Part shown: one piece after another, positions 11,101 through 20,601 of the stretch
How positions within the stretch are numbered: position 1 is the first letter of the stretch
How the letters are laid out: each line of letters starts with the position of its first letter
Notes under the pieces: model-generated
What the model saw: the letters and a program-made list of their open reading frames with translations, nothing else
Database searches by the model: none
What the model was told of the DNA's origin: nothing
Position numbers and translations under genes: made by a program
Assembly: GCA_038245785.1 (NCBI GenBank)
Contig: JBBRSB010000001.1
Location: forward strand, 256,001-320,000
DNA length: 64,000 nt
From: Gloeobacterales cyanobacterium
GTDB taxonomy: Bacteria > Cyanobacteriota > Cyanobacteriia > Gloeobacterales > PMM-0068
Direction: 5' to 3'

Positions 11101-11307
11101 AAGGGATTCAAATTGTTCAATACCGCAAGCCGAACCCTAAGGAAATATGAAGCAATGAATACAATTCGCAAAGCATAAGTGAAAGGAATGGCTCGCGGGG
11201 ACAGGGTAGCTCAAGCCAGGTTTATTTCTAAACTCTTGGGCGTTGCGGCTTAAATCGGCGGATGGCAAAGAGTTATTTTTTCCTTGAATTTTATCTGCAA
11301 CAGAATC
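11101..11307 (+). mobile_element. IS6-family transposase 3' relic with right inverted repeat
   Basis: Frame from 11101 reads KGFKLFNTASRTLRKYEAMNTIRKA*VKGMARGDRVAQARFISKLLGVAA*, resembling the IS6 transposase C-terminus (internal stop 11176-11178); followed by tctgcaacagaatc (11294-11307), resembling the IS6 end TTTGCAACAGARCC. Confidence 0.8.
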
Positions 11308-11498
11308 AATATGGAGAGGACATAGTCGAGATTCTGGATTGGAAGTCTGGCAGCATTGCCTCAATCCTTTCCCCAAACGAGATCGATAGCACGAATCACT
11401 CCTCCTCTGCATTTTGGAGGGTTGTGCTGCGGCCTCTAATTCTAATTCAGTTTCAATCTGGTTAACCAAGATTTTCACTGTCCCTACGAACTATAACC

Positions 11499-12899
11499 AT
11501 GGCCTCTACTATTAATTTTCGTGAATCGAATACCCCTTATCTCATTCTGATCACTGGGGCTGCTGCCCTTGGCGGCTTTCTGTTCGGTTATGACACTGCT
11601 GTAATTAATGGTGCTGTTGCAGCGCTGGCAAAAGCTTTCAACATCTCTAGCTGGGCGACTGGTCTGGCCGTCTCTCTAGCGTTGCTGGGAGCTGCAGTGG
11701 GAGCCTTCTACGCTGGGAAAGTCGCAGACCACTATGGTCGGGTAAGGGTAATGGTGATTGCGGCGACGTTATTTACTATTAGTGCCATTGGCTCTGGGCT
11801 CGCCTTTACCATCTGGGATTTTATTTTTTGGCGTTTATTGGGTGGCGTTGCCGTGGGTACTGCTAGCGTAGTTGCACCTGCTTACATTGCCGAATGTTCC
11901 CCTGCCCATCTACGCGGAAGGCTTGGCTCGCTTCAGCAGCTGGCGATCGTATTTGGGATTTTCATCGCGCTACTCTGCGATTACTTTATTGCGGTATCAG
12001 CCGGTTCAGCAGAGTCCCCGTTTTGGTTTGGAATTCCCGCTTGGCGCTGGATGTTTTGGACAGCAGCCCCGCCAGCCATACTTTATGGAATGGCAGCTTT
12101 GACGATTCCTGAATCTCCTCGATATTTGGTTGCCAAAAGCCGGGAGTTAGAAGCGGCTGACGTTCTGACCAAGATTTTAGGAGGGAATGTAGCAGTAAAA
12201 ATCGAAGAAATTCGACAAACGGTGCTTCGAGAGCGTGAACCTAGTCTTTCTGACCTCTTGGGAAGCAATGGCAACCTCTTACCCATCGTCTGGCTAGGAA
12301 TAGGCTTGTCTGTATTGCAGCAATTTGTTGGCATTAACGTAATCTTCTACTACAGCAGCATTTTGTGGCGGGCAGTCGGGTTCTCAGAACAAAGTTCCCT
12401 CGCCATTACGATGATCACTGGAGCCACCAATATTGTCACGACGCTGATTGCAATCGCCTTTGTCGACAGGTTTGGTCGCAAACCTTTGCTCTTGTTGGGG
12501 TCGTTCGGTATGACCCTGACCTTAGGGACGTTAGCTTTTGTTTTTGCAACCGCACCGCTGGATGCTGCGGGTAATCCTGCGCTAACTGGTTCTGCTGGTA
12601 TTGCCGCACTAGTAGCCGCTAATCTCTATGTATTTTGTTTCGGGTTCTCCTGGGGACCCGTGGTATGGGTGATGTTGGGCGAAATGTTCAACAATAAGAT
12701 TCGAGCAGCTGCCCTTGCCGTTGCTGCCTCCGCACAATGGATTGCAAACTTTATCGTGTCTACGACCTTTCTTCCGCTACTTCAATATTTTGGGTTGGGT
12801 GCTGCTTACGGTATCTATACCATCGCAGCCGCTAGCTCATTCTTCTTCGTTTTCTTTCTGCTTAAGGAAACCAAAGGGATTGAGTTAGAAGATATGTAA
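11499..12899 (+). CDS. glcP: MFS sugar porter, GlcP-like glucose/H+ symporter
   Basis: GGFLFGYDTAVING, YIAECSPAHLRGRLGSLQQ, PESPRYL, QQFVGINVIFYY, ETKG; 12 TM. Confidence 0.85.
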   Translation: MASTINFRESNTPYLILITGAAALGGFLFGYDTAVINGAVAALAKAFNISSWATGLAVSLALLGAAVGAFYAGKVADHYGRVRVMVIAATLFTISAIGSGLAFTIWDFIFWRLLGGVAVGTASVVAPAYIAECSPAHLRGRLGSLQQLAIVFGIFIALLCDYFIAVSAGSAESPFWFGIPAWRWMFWTAAPPAILYGMAALTIPESPRYLVAKSRELEAADVLTKILGGNVAVKIEEIRQTVLREREPSLSDLLGSNGNLLPIVWLGIGLSVLQQFVGINVIFYYSSILWRAVGFSEQSSLAITMITGATNIVTTLIAIAFVDRFGRKPLLLLGSFGMTLTLGTLAFVFATAPLDAAGNPALTGSAGIAALVAANLYVFCFGFSWGPVVWVMLGEMFNNKIRAAALAVAASAQWIANFIVSTTFLPLLQYFGLGAAYGIYTIAAASSFFFVFFLLKETKGIELEDM

Positions 12900-12990
12900 G
12901 TAGCTAAGTGGAATTAAGAAGACCCCTATAGTCCCCTACCCTTGGGAAAGGCTTTGCCTAGGGCAAGGGGGACGGCGATAGCCGGAGGTT
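12897..12990 (+). repeat. TAAGTAG-ended hairpin miniature repeat (same family as 60873-60968) with a nested ~22 nt insert
   Basis: taagtagctaagtggaattaagaagacccctatagtcccct...aagggggacggcgatagccgg matches the reverse complement of 60873-60968. Confidence 0.8.
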
Positions 12991-14089
12991 CGCCGAGGAG
13001 CACTCTATTCAATCGGCAGGGTACCGTTGCTTCGCCTTTCCAATCAGTGAGTGTAGTTTCATTTTTATACTGGCGATGCGTTTGCAGCAATAAGCTCCAA
13101 GCTTCGCTGGCATTAAGGATGTAATCGGACCGCTCAGGATAGTGGATTTTGATCAAGTCTTGAACGATTGGATAGTAGTCAGAGTTTAACCCAGGAAAAA
13201 TATGATGTTCTGCGTGATAAGAAAAGTTTAGATGTAGCAGATCGAACAGCTTAGGAACTTTAATCGAAACACTATTAACCAAGGGATCATTAATGCTGGT
13301 CATAGGGCACAGCATGTGATTGGTATAAACATAAAATATGATTCCCCCATAACCAATGGCTATGGGTAAGAAATAGCTAAGTATTAACTTAACGGGATGA
13401 AATTGTAGATAGGCTAGAACGCTTAAATGGAGGGCAAGAATAACGAGTGATTCTAGAGCAATTGCTCTGCGCTCTTCTATCCGAACCTTAAAAGCAGCGG
13501 GCACATAGCTTACCCGTTCGCTGTTAAATAGTAGTACCGATGTTAAATTGCGAAAGGTATAGATTCCCCAAGCACTTGCCATTCCTATCATTAGCCAGAA
13601 TTGATTAACCGTTTGGGACGGCGTAAACAAGTTTTGAATCCATTTCCCCCATGTATTAGGTTGCTGATATAAGTAATTGCGATCGGGGTCTCCAAGAGAA
13701 TTTGTTTGATTGTGATGAACCCGATTGTGAAGGAGCTTCCATAAGGTTGGTGGCATCCACAGCATCGTTAATCCTAATAGACTAATCATGCGGAGCCCAT
13801 AAGGATTTTTGATAATCCCTGTATGCATCAAATCATGGGAGCTAAAGAGTAAAACGATCACACTATTTCCCATGATCAAGGTTACAGGTAAGTAGAGCCA
13901 CAAAAGATATACAGGCCAGCGATCGAGATGCGCTGCGATCCCCCAACCCAGCAGCAAAATTGCTAGATTAATGAACAGAACTAAGACCTTGCTGCGATCG
14001 GGCAGAAAGGCTTCAGGCGGCAGGAGTGGACGCAGTTTTTTCGCGTACTCTGCCTGAAGTCTCAGGGATTGGTTTTCAACAATTTTCAT
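12926..14089 (-). CDS. Membrane fatty-acid desaturase family protein
   Basis: Three His boxes HDLMH, HNRVHH, HAEHH; last ~20 aa are read through the repeat at 12897-12990. Confidence 0.88.
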   Translation of the reverse strand: MKIVENQSLRLQAEYAKKLRPLLPPEAFLPDRSKVLVLFINLAILLLGWGIAAHLDRWPVYLLWLYLPVTLIMGNSVIVLLFSSHDLMHTGIIKNPYGLRMISLLGLTMLWMPPTLWKLLHNRVHHNQTNSLGDPDRNYLYQQPNTWGKWIQNLFTPSQTVNQFWLMIGMASAWGIYTFRNLTSVLLFNSERVSYVPAAFKVRIEERRAIALESLVILALHLSVLAYLQFHPVKLILSYFLPIAIGYGGIIFYVYTNHMLCPMTSINDPLVNSVSIKVPKLFDLLHLNFSYHAEHHIFPGLNSDYYPIVQDLIKIHYPERSDYILNASEAWSLLLQTHRQYKNETTLTDWKGEATVPCRLNRVLLGEPPAIAVPLALGKAFPKGRGL

Positions 14090-14198
14090 AAACTTATAGG
14101 TGAATGAACTACTTTAAAGCGAGGCTGTGGTCATTTTTTCCGATGAAACTATAATAGAACTCTCCAATCCAGCTCTCAAGACTAAGTGGAGGTTGAGT

Positions 14199-15332
14199 AT
14201 GACGTCTACCCCTGTGTCGCAAGATTTTCAAAAACATATCCCTTTGATTGGGGATATCAATGTAAAAGATCCAATGGCCTATCAAGCAACTCGTGGTGTT
14301 GTTTCCGTAGTCAATGCAGTACAAATGGCCGTGGCAGAAGCGTACATTAATGGATTGGAAGTTCCTGACTCTACGCTGAAAACACTTTTTAATACTTGTA
14401 TGCCTGTATTTTTTAAGAATTTCCCTGCTCTACTGGCACCCTATGAGTGGGTCCTAAAAGAAACGGACCATTTGGCAGAAGGTTCACGGGAACTGATGGA
14501 TGTTCAATATGATCGGCCTCAGGAAATGTTGAACCCGATGCTAGGAGATTGGCCCCTCATCTATCCTAAATACAGCATGGGCTTATGGGAGAAGGGAGCC
14601 CCCAATCTAGAAGTGTCTCAAATGCATATGATTGATGACATGATTGAAAAAATGGATATCCAAGATGGGGATAACATCCTAGACTTTGGCTGTGGTTGGG
14701 GCTGCGTCCCAAACTATATCCTTTCCAAGTTTCCCAACGTCCGATTTACGGGGCTAAATCTAAGTCATTACCAATGCGAATATATGCGTAAAAAAATGCA
14801 AGACCCAGAGAGCCACTTAAGTTCAGGGAGATTCACCTTGCATGAAGGCGATTTGAATGACGCTCAATTTGATGAAAAGTTTGACAAAATTCTCTCCGTT
14901 GGGGTGTTCTGCCATGTTGGAAATTTAACTCAGTCATTCCGAAAACTAGCCTCTTTCTTGAAGGAAAATGGCACCGTTTTCATTCATATCATCACGGTTC
15001 GCACCCCAAACAATATTTCAAGTCCATTTACGCATAAGTATATTTTCCCGTATGGACGCTACTGGAACTACGATGCCGTTCCCAACCATAATAAAGACCT
15101 GAAAACTACTCAGCGCTGGTACTTGAATGGTATTAACTACCACAAAACCTTCATGGCCTGGCTAGATAATTTTGATGCCAACCAGGACCTTGTTAAAAAT
15201 CTGGACTATGGCATGGACTATGCCCGGTTCCGGCGGATTTGGAGATTTTATCTACTTTGGCTAGGAACCAACTTTGCAACATGTGATGGCGAATACAATG
15301 GGAACGGCCAATATCTGATGGTGCACGCCTAA
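14199..15332 (+). CDS. SAM-dependent methyltransferase, cyclopropane-fatty-acid synthase-like
   Basis: KYSMGLW, ILDFGCGWG, FDKILSVGVFCHVG, KYIFP; GGAGG RBS before the ATG at 14199. Confidence 0.85.
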   Translation: MTSTPVSQDFQKHIPLIGDINVKDPMAYQATRGVVSVVNAVQMAVAEAYINGLEVPDSTLKTLFNTCMPVFFKNFPALLAPYEWVLKETDHLAEGSRELMDVQYDRPQEMLNPMLGDWPLIYPKYSMGLWEKGAPNLEVSQMHMIDDMIEKMDIQDGDNILDFGCGWGCVPNYILSKFPNVRFTGLNLSHYQCEYMRKKMQDPESHLSSGRFTLHEGDLNDAQFDEKFDKILSVGVFCHVGNLTQSFRKLASFLKENGTVFIHIITVRTPNNISSPFTHKYIFPYGRYWNYDAVPNHNKDLKTTQRWYLNGINYHKTFMAWLDNFDANQDLVKNLDYGMDYARFRRIWRFYLLWLGTNFATCDGEYNGNGQYLMVHA

Positions 15333-16166
15333 TTGAGCAACAAGCAAATTCCCAACCAAAATTTCTGGAGCCAGGTTTTAGACTGTGCTAAAGCCATTAC
15401 TCAGCAAGCTGGGCAGCAGCTTTTGGCTGATTTCGGCAAAGTTCAGGCTTCCCAAAAAGCCGATGGCAGCCTGGTCACCCAGGCAGACCAGTGGGCAGAC
15501 CACTATCTCCGAGAACAGATTACCGCTGTCTTCCCAGACCATGGCTTGCTAACCGAAGAAAATGAGCAGGTTTTCCCAGACAAAGACTGGTGCTGGGTCG
15601 TTGATCCTCTGGATGGCACGACCAATTTCACGCGAGGGATTCCGATTTGGGGCATTTCGCTTGGCTTGCTCTATCAGGGCACACCCGTTTTTGGTTATGT
15701 CCACATGCCTCCCCTCGGCCAATCTTTTCATGGTTTCTGGAATGCGCCTGGAGATTGTCCAGATGGAGCTTTTCTCAATAACCAAGCGATTCATGCCAGT
15801 GCCGATGAAATCACGGCCAATCACTTTTTTAGTTTTTGTGCCCGCAGTCTTCATCTATGGCAACCCGGTTTCCCGTGCAAAGCTCGTCTCTTGGGCAGTG
15901 CGGCCTACAACTTCCTAATGGTCGCTACGGGAGCCACTTTGGGTGGTGTAGAAGCCACCCCAAAGATTTGGGATATTGCTGGGGCTTGGGTCATAGTCCA
16001 AGCGGCTGGTGGAGTCTGGGTTCCCTTAGAATCTAAACCGATTTTTCCGCTGGTAGCAGGCCTCGACTACGGTAAACGAGGCTATCCCACCCTGGTAACC
16101 AGTCGGTCAGATCTGATTCCAAAGTTTCAGCCCTTTGTCGAAGCGTTGAGATCCCCCCTTCCATAA
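15333..16166 (+). CDS. Inositol monophosphatase family protein
   Basis: LTEE, WVVDPLDGTTNF, WDIAGA; TTG start abuts the previous stop. Confidence 0.9.
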   Translation: MSNKQIPNQNFWSQVLDCAKAITQQAGQQLLADFGKVQASQKADGSLVTQADQWADHYLREQITAVFPDHGLLTEENEQVFPDKDWCWVVDPLDGTTNFTRGIPIWGISLGLLYQGTPVFGYVHMPPLGQSFHGFWNAPGDCPDGAFLNNQAIHASADEITANHFFSFCARSLHLWQPGFPCKARLLGSAAYNFLMVATGATLGGVEATPKIWDIAGAWVIVQAAGGVWVPLESKPIFPLVAGLDYGKRGYPTLVTSRSDLIPKFQPFVEALRSPLP

Positions 16167-16221
16167 AGGGGCAAGGCCATTTATGGCGCATCATTCTCCT
16201 ACGATAGGGGGAATCGAGGAT

Positions 16222-16959
16222 CTAATCGAACCAGCCAATATCCTGATCAGAAGTAGAGGTGGAAGAGCTTGAATCCTCTTTTTTCTGTGCCAGAGAGTGC
16301 ATCTCTTCATTAGTTGGGCGGTGATAAATTCTCGCGACAGGAAGGTTTGAGCCTTTTTCCCCTTCTTGACCCTGCGTAAGGGCCTGCATTTCTTCATTGG
16401 TGGGACGGTGGTAAATTCTGGCGGCAGGAAAGTTTGGCTTTTTCACCGCTTCCCGTTCAGCTTTTGCCTGTGTAAGGGCCTGCATCTCTTCATTGGTAGG
16501 GCGATGAAATATTTTTGGCAAGGAAGATCTGCCCTGTTTGAGGGATTCCAACTCTGCCTTGGCGCTCTCAAGTTCTCCTTGAACTTGCTCAAGGTCTGCT
16601 TTGAGCTGACTGGTTTGGTCAAGATAGGTTTGGAGCTGTTTAATGTGGGCATTTTGATGCTTGAGCTCTGATTGCAAATCAGTAACTTTCTGATGTAGCG
16701 TTGCTTCTTGACCAGCGGATTCTTGTTTATCGATTGGATCTGAAGCCGGGCTTGTCTTCGGCTCACTGGTCTTAGCCGAGGGCTTACTGGTTTTTTCCGT
16801 ATGTGTGCTCTTGGGCTCTGCTGGTGTAGTCATGGGTGATTTCTCCTCTGCTTCAGTAGGTGGTTGTTGATTATTTAGTTCGTCGGTTACAGGGGGGCTG
16901 ACTTCTGGAGCTTTTTCAGCCTCTTGCCTTAGTAGGTCTGCTAAACGTTTTCTAACCAT
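16222..16959 (-). CDS. mcdB: ParA partner protein, probable carboxysome-positioning McdB
   Basis: Basic N-terminus (MVRKRLADLL), disordered linker, Q/E-rich coiled coil, C-terminal Trp (IGWFD); directly downstream of the ParA-like gene. Confidence 0.6.
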   Translation of the reverse strand: MVRKRLADLLRQEAEKAPEVSPPVTDELNNQQPPTEAEEKSPMTTPAEPKSTHTEKTSKPSAKTSEPKTSPASDPIDKQESAGQEATLHQKVTDLQSELKHQNAHIKQLQTYLDQTSQLKADLEQVQGELESAKAELESLKQGRSSLPKIFHRPTNEEMQALTQAKAEREAVKKPNFPAARIYHRPTNEEMQALTQGQEGEKGSNLPVARIYHRPTNEEMHSLAQKKEDSSSSTSTSDQDIGWFD

Positions 16960-16962
16960 TAG

Positions 16963-17610
16963 TCAGTTCCCCCAATCACGTTGTAGTTCATCGGCCACGC
17001 GACGATAGTCTGCTTCAGCTTCTTGAGCATTTTTTCCTCTCCAGTTTGCAATTGATACACCTTCTAGGGCTGCCCGTTCATGGGCTTTGTAGGAGCGAAC
17101 AAAGGCATTGCAGGTGGGAATGCCTACATCCATCAAGGTCTTTTGGGCTTCCAGGGCCTCTTTCAGACTGCGGGTGTCCACCCTAGTTAGCAGAACTCGA
17201 TGAGCAACTCCTATGGGGCTGACGGCATCACGGACCGTCTCAATGAGAACGGTGAGGTCCATGGGGGCAGGCGGTGTCGGTAAAACTAAATAATCAGCGC
17301 AAGCGATTACTGCAGCTAATGCTTCGGAACGCAGCGCGGGAGGGGTGTCTACTATCACCAGTTCATAGCCCTTCGTTTTGTGTAAATCACTGAGGCGTTT
17401 TGGGTCGGTCTCTATGATCAGGTCAAAACCCATACCCTTCTCGCTCCGTCCCACCCACCAGGCTGCTGACGCTTGAGGGTCTGCATCCACTAGTAAGACC
17501 TTTTTTTTCTGTCCAAGGGCTGCGGCCAGATTAACAGACGTGGTGGTTTTCCCAACCCCACCTTTGCCATTGACGATAGCGACTATTCTCGGCACTCCCA
17601 ACCTCTTCAA
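16963..17610 (-). CDS. mcdA: ParA/MinD-family ATPase, probable McdA
   Basis: Deviant Walker A GKGGVGKTT, DADPQ, double-Trp SAAWW, DTPP; short ParA without an HTH. Confidence 0.65.
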   Translation of the reverse strand: MKRLGVPRIVAIVNGKGGVGKTTTSVNLAAALGQKKKVLLVDADPQASAAWWVGRSEKGMGFDLIIETDPKRLSDLHKTKGYELVIVDTPPALRSEALAAVIACADYLVLPTPPAPMDLTVLIETVRDAVSPIGVAHRVLLTRVDTRSLKEALEAQKTLMDVGIPTCNAFVRSYKAHERAALEGVSIANWRGKNAQEAEADYRRVADELQRDWGN

Positions 17611-17833
17611 TCATCCTTCATCCGTTTGACTATAACGCTTTATCTGAGCCGATCGCAGGGATGTATTGTTTTGATACCTCTCCATGAACTGGAAAACCTA
17701 TGGCGAGAATGAATAAAAGGCTTTCTAAATGTAGCAAGTAGAACTAGTTATTCGAGAGATAGCCATGGATAATATGGAAAGCCGTCTACATAAATTCACA
17801 AGCCCCTCTGTTCTATTTAGCTAGAGCTAGATA

Positions 17834-18862
17834 ATGCAGAGAAGCGGGGAGAAATCAGTCATTATGCTTCAGGAAGAGTTACATGAGCGGTTGTATCTAG
17901 AGCAACTGCTTCAGGCCGCGCCGTCCTCCGTCCTTGAAAGGGATGAAGAGGTGGTCAAAGGCTTGAGTCAAGTCCCAAAAACGCTCCCACCGCGTTACTT
18001 CTATGACGACCGAGGATCGGAGTTGTTTGAACAGATATGTGGTCTCCCAGAGTACTATCCGACCCGCACAGAAGCTTCGATTTTGCAGCATTGCGCGTCC
18101 ACTATCGCCAAGATGACTGGCCCCTGCGAACTCGTAGAATTGGGCAGTGGAAGCTCCACCAAGACCCGGATTCTGCTCGATGCCTATGGAGTTTTGGGCT
18201 ATCCTTTGCATTATTTGCCGATTGATGTCAGTGCAGGCATTCTTGAAGAGAGTGCCTTACAGCTACTCAAGTCTTATCCAACGCTGCAGGTGCATGGGGT
18301 TGTCAGCACCTTTGACCTGGCCTTAGAAAAATTAGCTCCTTCTCCCTTACCCACCCGGATGCTCTGTTTTTTGGGCAGTACCTTGGGCAATCTTAATCCT
18401 CAAGAATATGACCAATTCTTTACCCAAACGGTGGATGCCCTCGACACGGGTGAGTATTTCTTGTTGGGTGTAGATCTCCAAAAGCCCAAAGCTATCCTGG
18501 AGGCTGCCTATAACGATAGTCAAGGGGTTACGGCTGCTTTCAACCTAAATATACTCAGTCATCTCAACCGAAAATTTGTTGGCAATTTCAATCTGGCCCA
18601 GTTCCGACATAGAGCTTTCTACAATGAATCTCTGCAGCAAATAGAAATGCATTTAGAAAGTTTGATTGACCAAGTGGCCTATCTGGAGACGCTAGACCTG
18701 AAGGTGACTTTTGAAGCAGGAGAAACCATCCTGACAGAGATTTCTCGGAAATTTGATCTAGAAACTATTCAAAAAGATCTTGCGGCCAAGGGATTAATTC
18801 CCTTGCAGACCTGGACAGACCCGAATCATTGGTTTGGTCTTACCCTGTGCCAAGTGCGTTAA
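17834..18862 (+). CDS. egtD: L-histidine N-alpha-methyltransferase (ergothioneine pathway)
   Basis: KTLPPRYFYDDRGSELFEQI, PEYYPTRTE, ELGSGSSTKT, AAYNDSQGVTAAFN, TEISRKF. Confidence 0.92.
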   Translation: MQRSGEKSVIMLQEELHERLYLEQLLQAAPSSVLERDEEVVKGLSQVPKTLPPRYFYDDRGSELFEQICGLPEYYPTRTEASILQHCASTIAKMTGPCELVELGSGSSTKTRILLDAYGVLGYPLHYLPIDVSAGILEESALQLLKSYPTLQVHGVVSTFDLALEKLAPSPLPTRMLCFLGSTLGNLNPQEYDQFFTQTVDALDTGEYFLLGVDLQKPKAILEAAYNDSQGVTAAFNLNILSHLNRKFVGNFNLAQFRHRAFYNESLQQIEMHLESLIDQVAYLETLDLKVTFEAGETILTEISRKFDLETIQKDLAAKGLIPLQTWTDPNHWFGLTLCQVR

Positions 18863-19161
18863 CCCCTCAGTCCCTGCGGGACAGCTCCCCTGGGAGGGGA
18901 GCCTGTTTTGGGAGCAGAAGGATTGATTGGATTTTAGATGCAGATACTGCTAGAGCGATGGCTTACTTCCTCATGCCTGAAAGGGACTACTTGCGGGTTT
19001 AAACTTTCTAAAATCGCTGTGCGGTGAGCATCGTTTGAGCTTGCTTGCATCCCCACTGTTCTAACTCTACACCTGTAGTTTTCTCTTCCCAGAAAAGGCT
19101 CCCCTTTGTAGGCGAAGCCTTCCCGAAGGGTGGGGAGCTGTCCCGCAGGGACTGAGGGGTT
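18861..19161. mobile_element. Miniature inverted-repeat element, copy 1, with DUF559 endonuclease remnant
   Basis: Perfect 30 bp terminal inverted repeats 18861-18890 / 19132-19161; minus-strand interior reads DAHRTAILESLNPQVVPFRHEEV. Confidence 0.75.
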
Positions 19162-19487
19162 GGGGGAGCTAAGAATTCTGATAGGCTGTGTCATCTAAAA
19201 TGGCTCAAGTACAAATGTGCGTCAAACGGCCTTCATCAAGTGCAAACAATCACTAAATAGACTTCTGAATTGAATAATTTAATTCCTCAAACCCCTGCTG
19301 GTAGAGAATATCAAAGCAAAAATATAGACAAAGACAACTCAAGTACAAACGCATGTCAAACCCTCTTGATTGATATCCTAGGGAGTCTTCAGCCGCACTT
19401 TAGAAAGCGCACTGTTTTTTCGAGCATACTTAGTTCAGTAGCCCAAAAGACTAAAGCGCTACTACATCACGTCCACCGAGGTCCGTC

Positions 19488-19892
19488 ATGCTCATCCACA
19501 CCCAACCCGCGCCCAATTTTACTTCTGGAATGTCTATGGTCCTTACCCCACAGGCTTTCTATGAAGCTTACTGCTGGGTGGTCTTTAGCCGTGCTATTGG
19601 AGAGAGCCAATTGGTAGAAATATGGCCAGACTTGATCCAAACCTACAGTGGCTTTGACCCCTGTACCGTTGACCAATACACGGCGCCTGCGGCCCAAGAA
19701 TGGGTCCCTGCTGAGGCTACTTTAGGACCCAATCAATGTGCTCTGATGATTCAGCTTTTTGGCTGGGAGCAATTTAAGCGTCAATTCATCAGTACGGGCG
19801 ACCCTAACCAATCATTGGCGGCGCTCCATGGTTTGGATTGGATGAGTGTCCAGCAGTTAGGTCGTCTTCTAGATATGGACTGGGCTGACTAA
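19488..19892 (+). CDS. Hypothetical protein, paralog A (weak resemblance to 3-methyladenine glycosylase-like helical proteins)
   Basis: 134 aa, collinear with 20150-20554; FYEAYCWVVFS and WPDL..YSGFDP. Confidence 0.75.
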   Translation: MLIHTQPAPNFTSGMSMVLTPQAFYEAYCWVVFSRAIGESQLVEIWPDLIQTYSGFDPCTVDQYTAPAAQEWVPAEATLGPNQCALMIQLFGWEQFKRQFISTGDPNQSLAALHGLDWMSVQQLGRLLDMDWAD

Positions 19893-20149
19893 GACTCTCA
19901 TTTAGCGCACAAAGCATTAAGAGGAGGAAATGACCTGTTTGGGTGAATAGAGTGAAGACCACAAATCAGGTCGGCTGGCCCGCACTTCTACGCAAGGTGC
20001 AGACAAGTACACATCTTCGCCATACCCTCTTGATGTACATCTTAGATACTCTTTATGGGTAACTTAGAGAATAGATTCCCGTTTGGGGACTATAAGAATG
20101 TAGCCAAATTGACCAAACCTTGGTTGCGTATTATCTGCAGAGACCTGCC

Positions 20150-20554
20150 ATGCTCCTTCATACACAGCCCGCAACCAATTTTTCCTCCGGTACTCCTCTG
20201 GGCCTGACGCCACAGACCTTTTATGAAGCTTATTGCTGGGTAGTTTTCAGTCGGGCCATGGGTGAAAGCCGACTGTCCGAGGCATGGCCGGATTTGGTCC
20301 AGATCTACAGTGATTTTGACCCTTGCACCATCAATCAGGCCGTAGCCCAAGAAGCAGAAGAGTGGGTGGAGCCCGATGCTGCCTTGGGACCAAGCCAATG
20401 TGCTCTGATGATTCAACTTTTGGGCTGGGAGCAGTTTAGTCGCCAATTTATCAAGACGAGCGACCCGAAACAGACTTTAACAGCCCTGCGTGGTTTGGAC
20501 TGGATGAGTGTTCATCAGTTAGGACGTCTTTTGGATCTGGAGTGGGCTGAGTAG
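20150..20554 (+). CDS. Hypothetical protein, paralog B
   Basis: 134 aa from the ATG at 20150; same length as paralog A with no indels. Confidence 0.75.
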   Translation: MLLHTQPATNFSSGTPLGLTPQTFYEAYCWVVFSRAMGESRLSEAWPDLVQIYSDFDPCTINQAVAQEAEEWVEPDAALGPSQCALMIQLLGWEQFSRQFIKTSDPKQTLTALRGLDWMSVHQLGRLLDLEWAE

Positions 20555-20601
20555 CTTGGCTAGCGTATTCTGTGCGTCCAAGTTGCTATTTCCATGGGGA
20601 G

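Noticed and set aside
16285..16518. Three spaced ~51 bp direct repeats resembling a mini CRISPR array
   Set aside because: In-frame coding repeats with synonymous variation; no cas genes, leader or palindromic repeat
18934..19194. 86 aa ORF (and the 111 aa ORF at 41102-41437) as genes
   Set aside because: Read-through of inverted-repeat arms and deleted nuclease remnants; treated as mobile-element relics
19270..19617. 115 aa ORF overlapping paralog A
   Set aside because: Different frame, TTG start, not conserved in the duplicated copy
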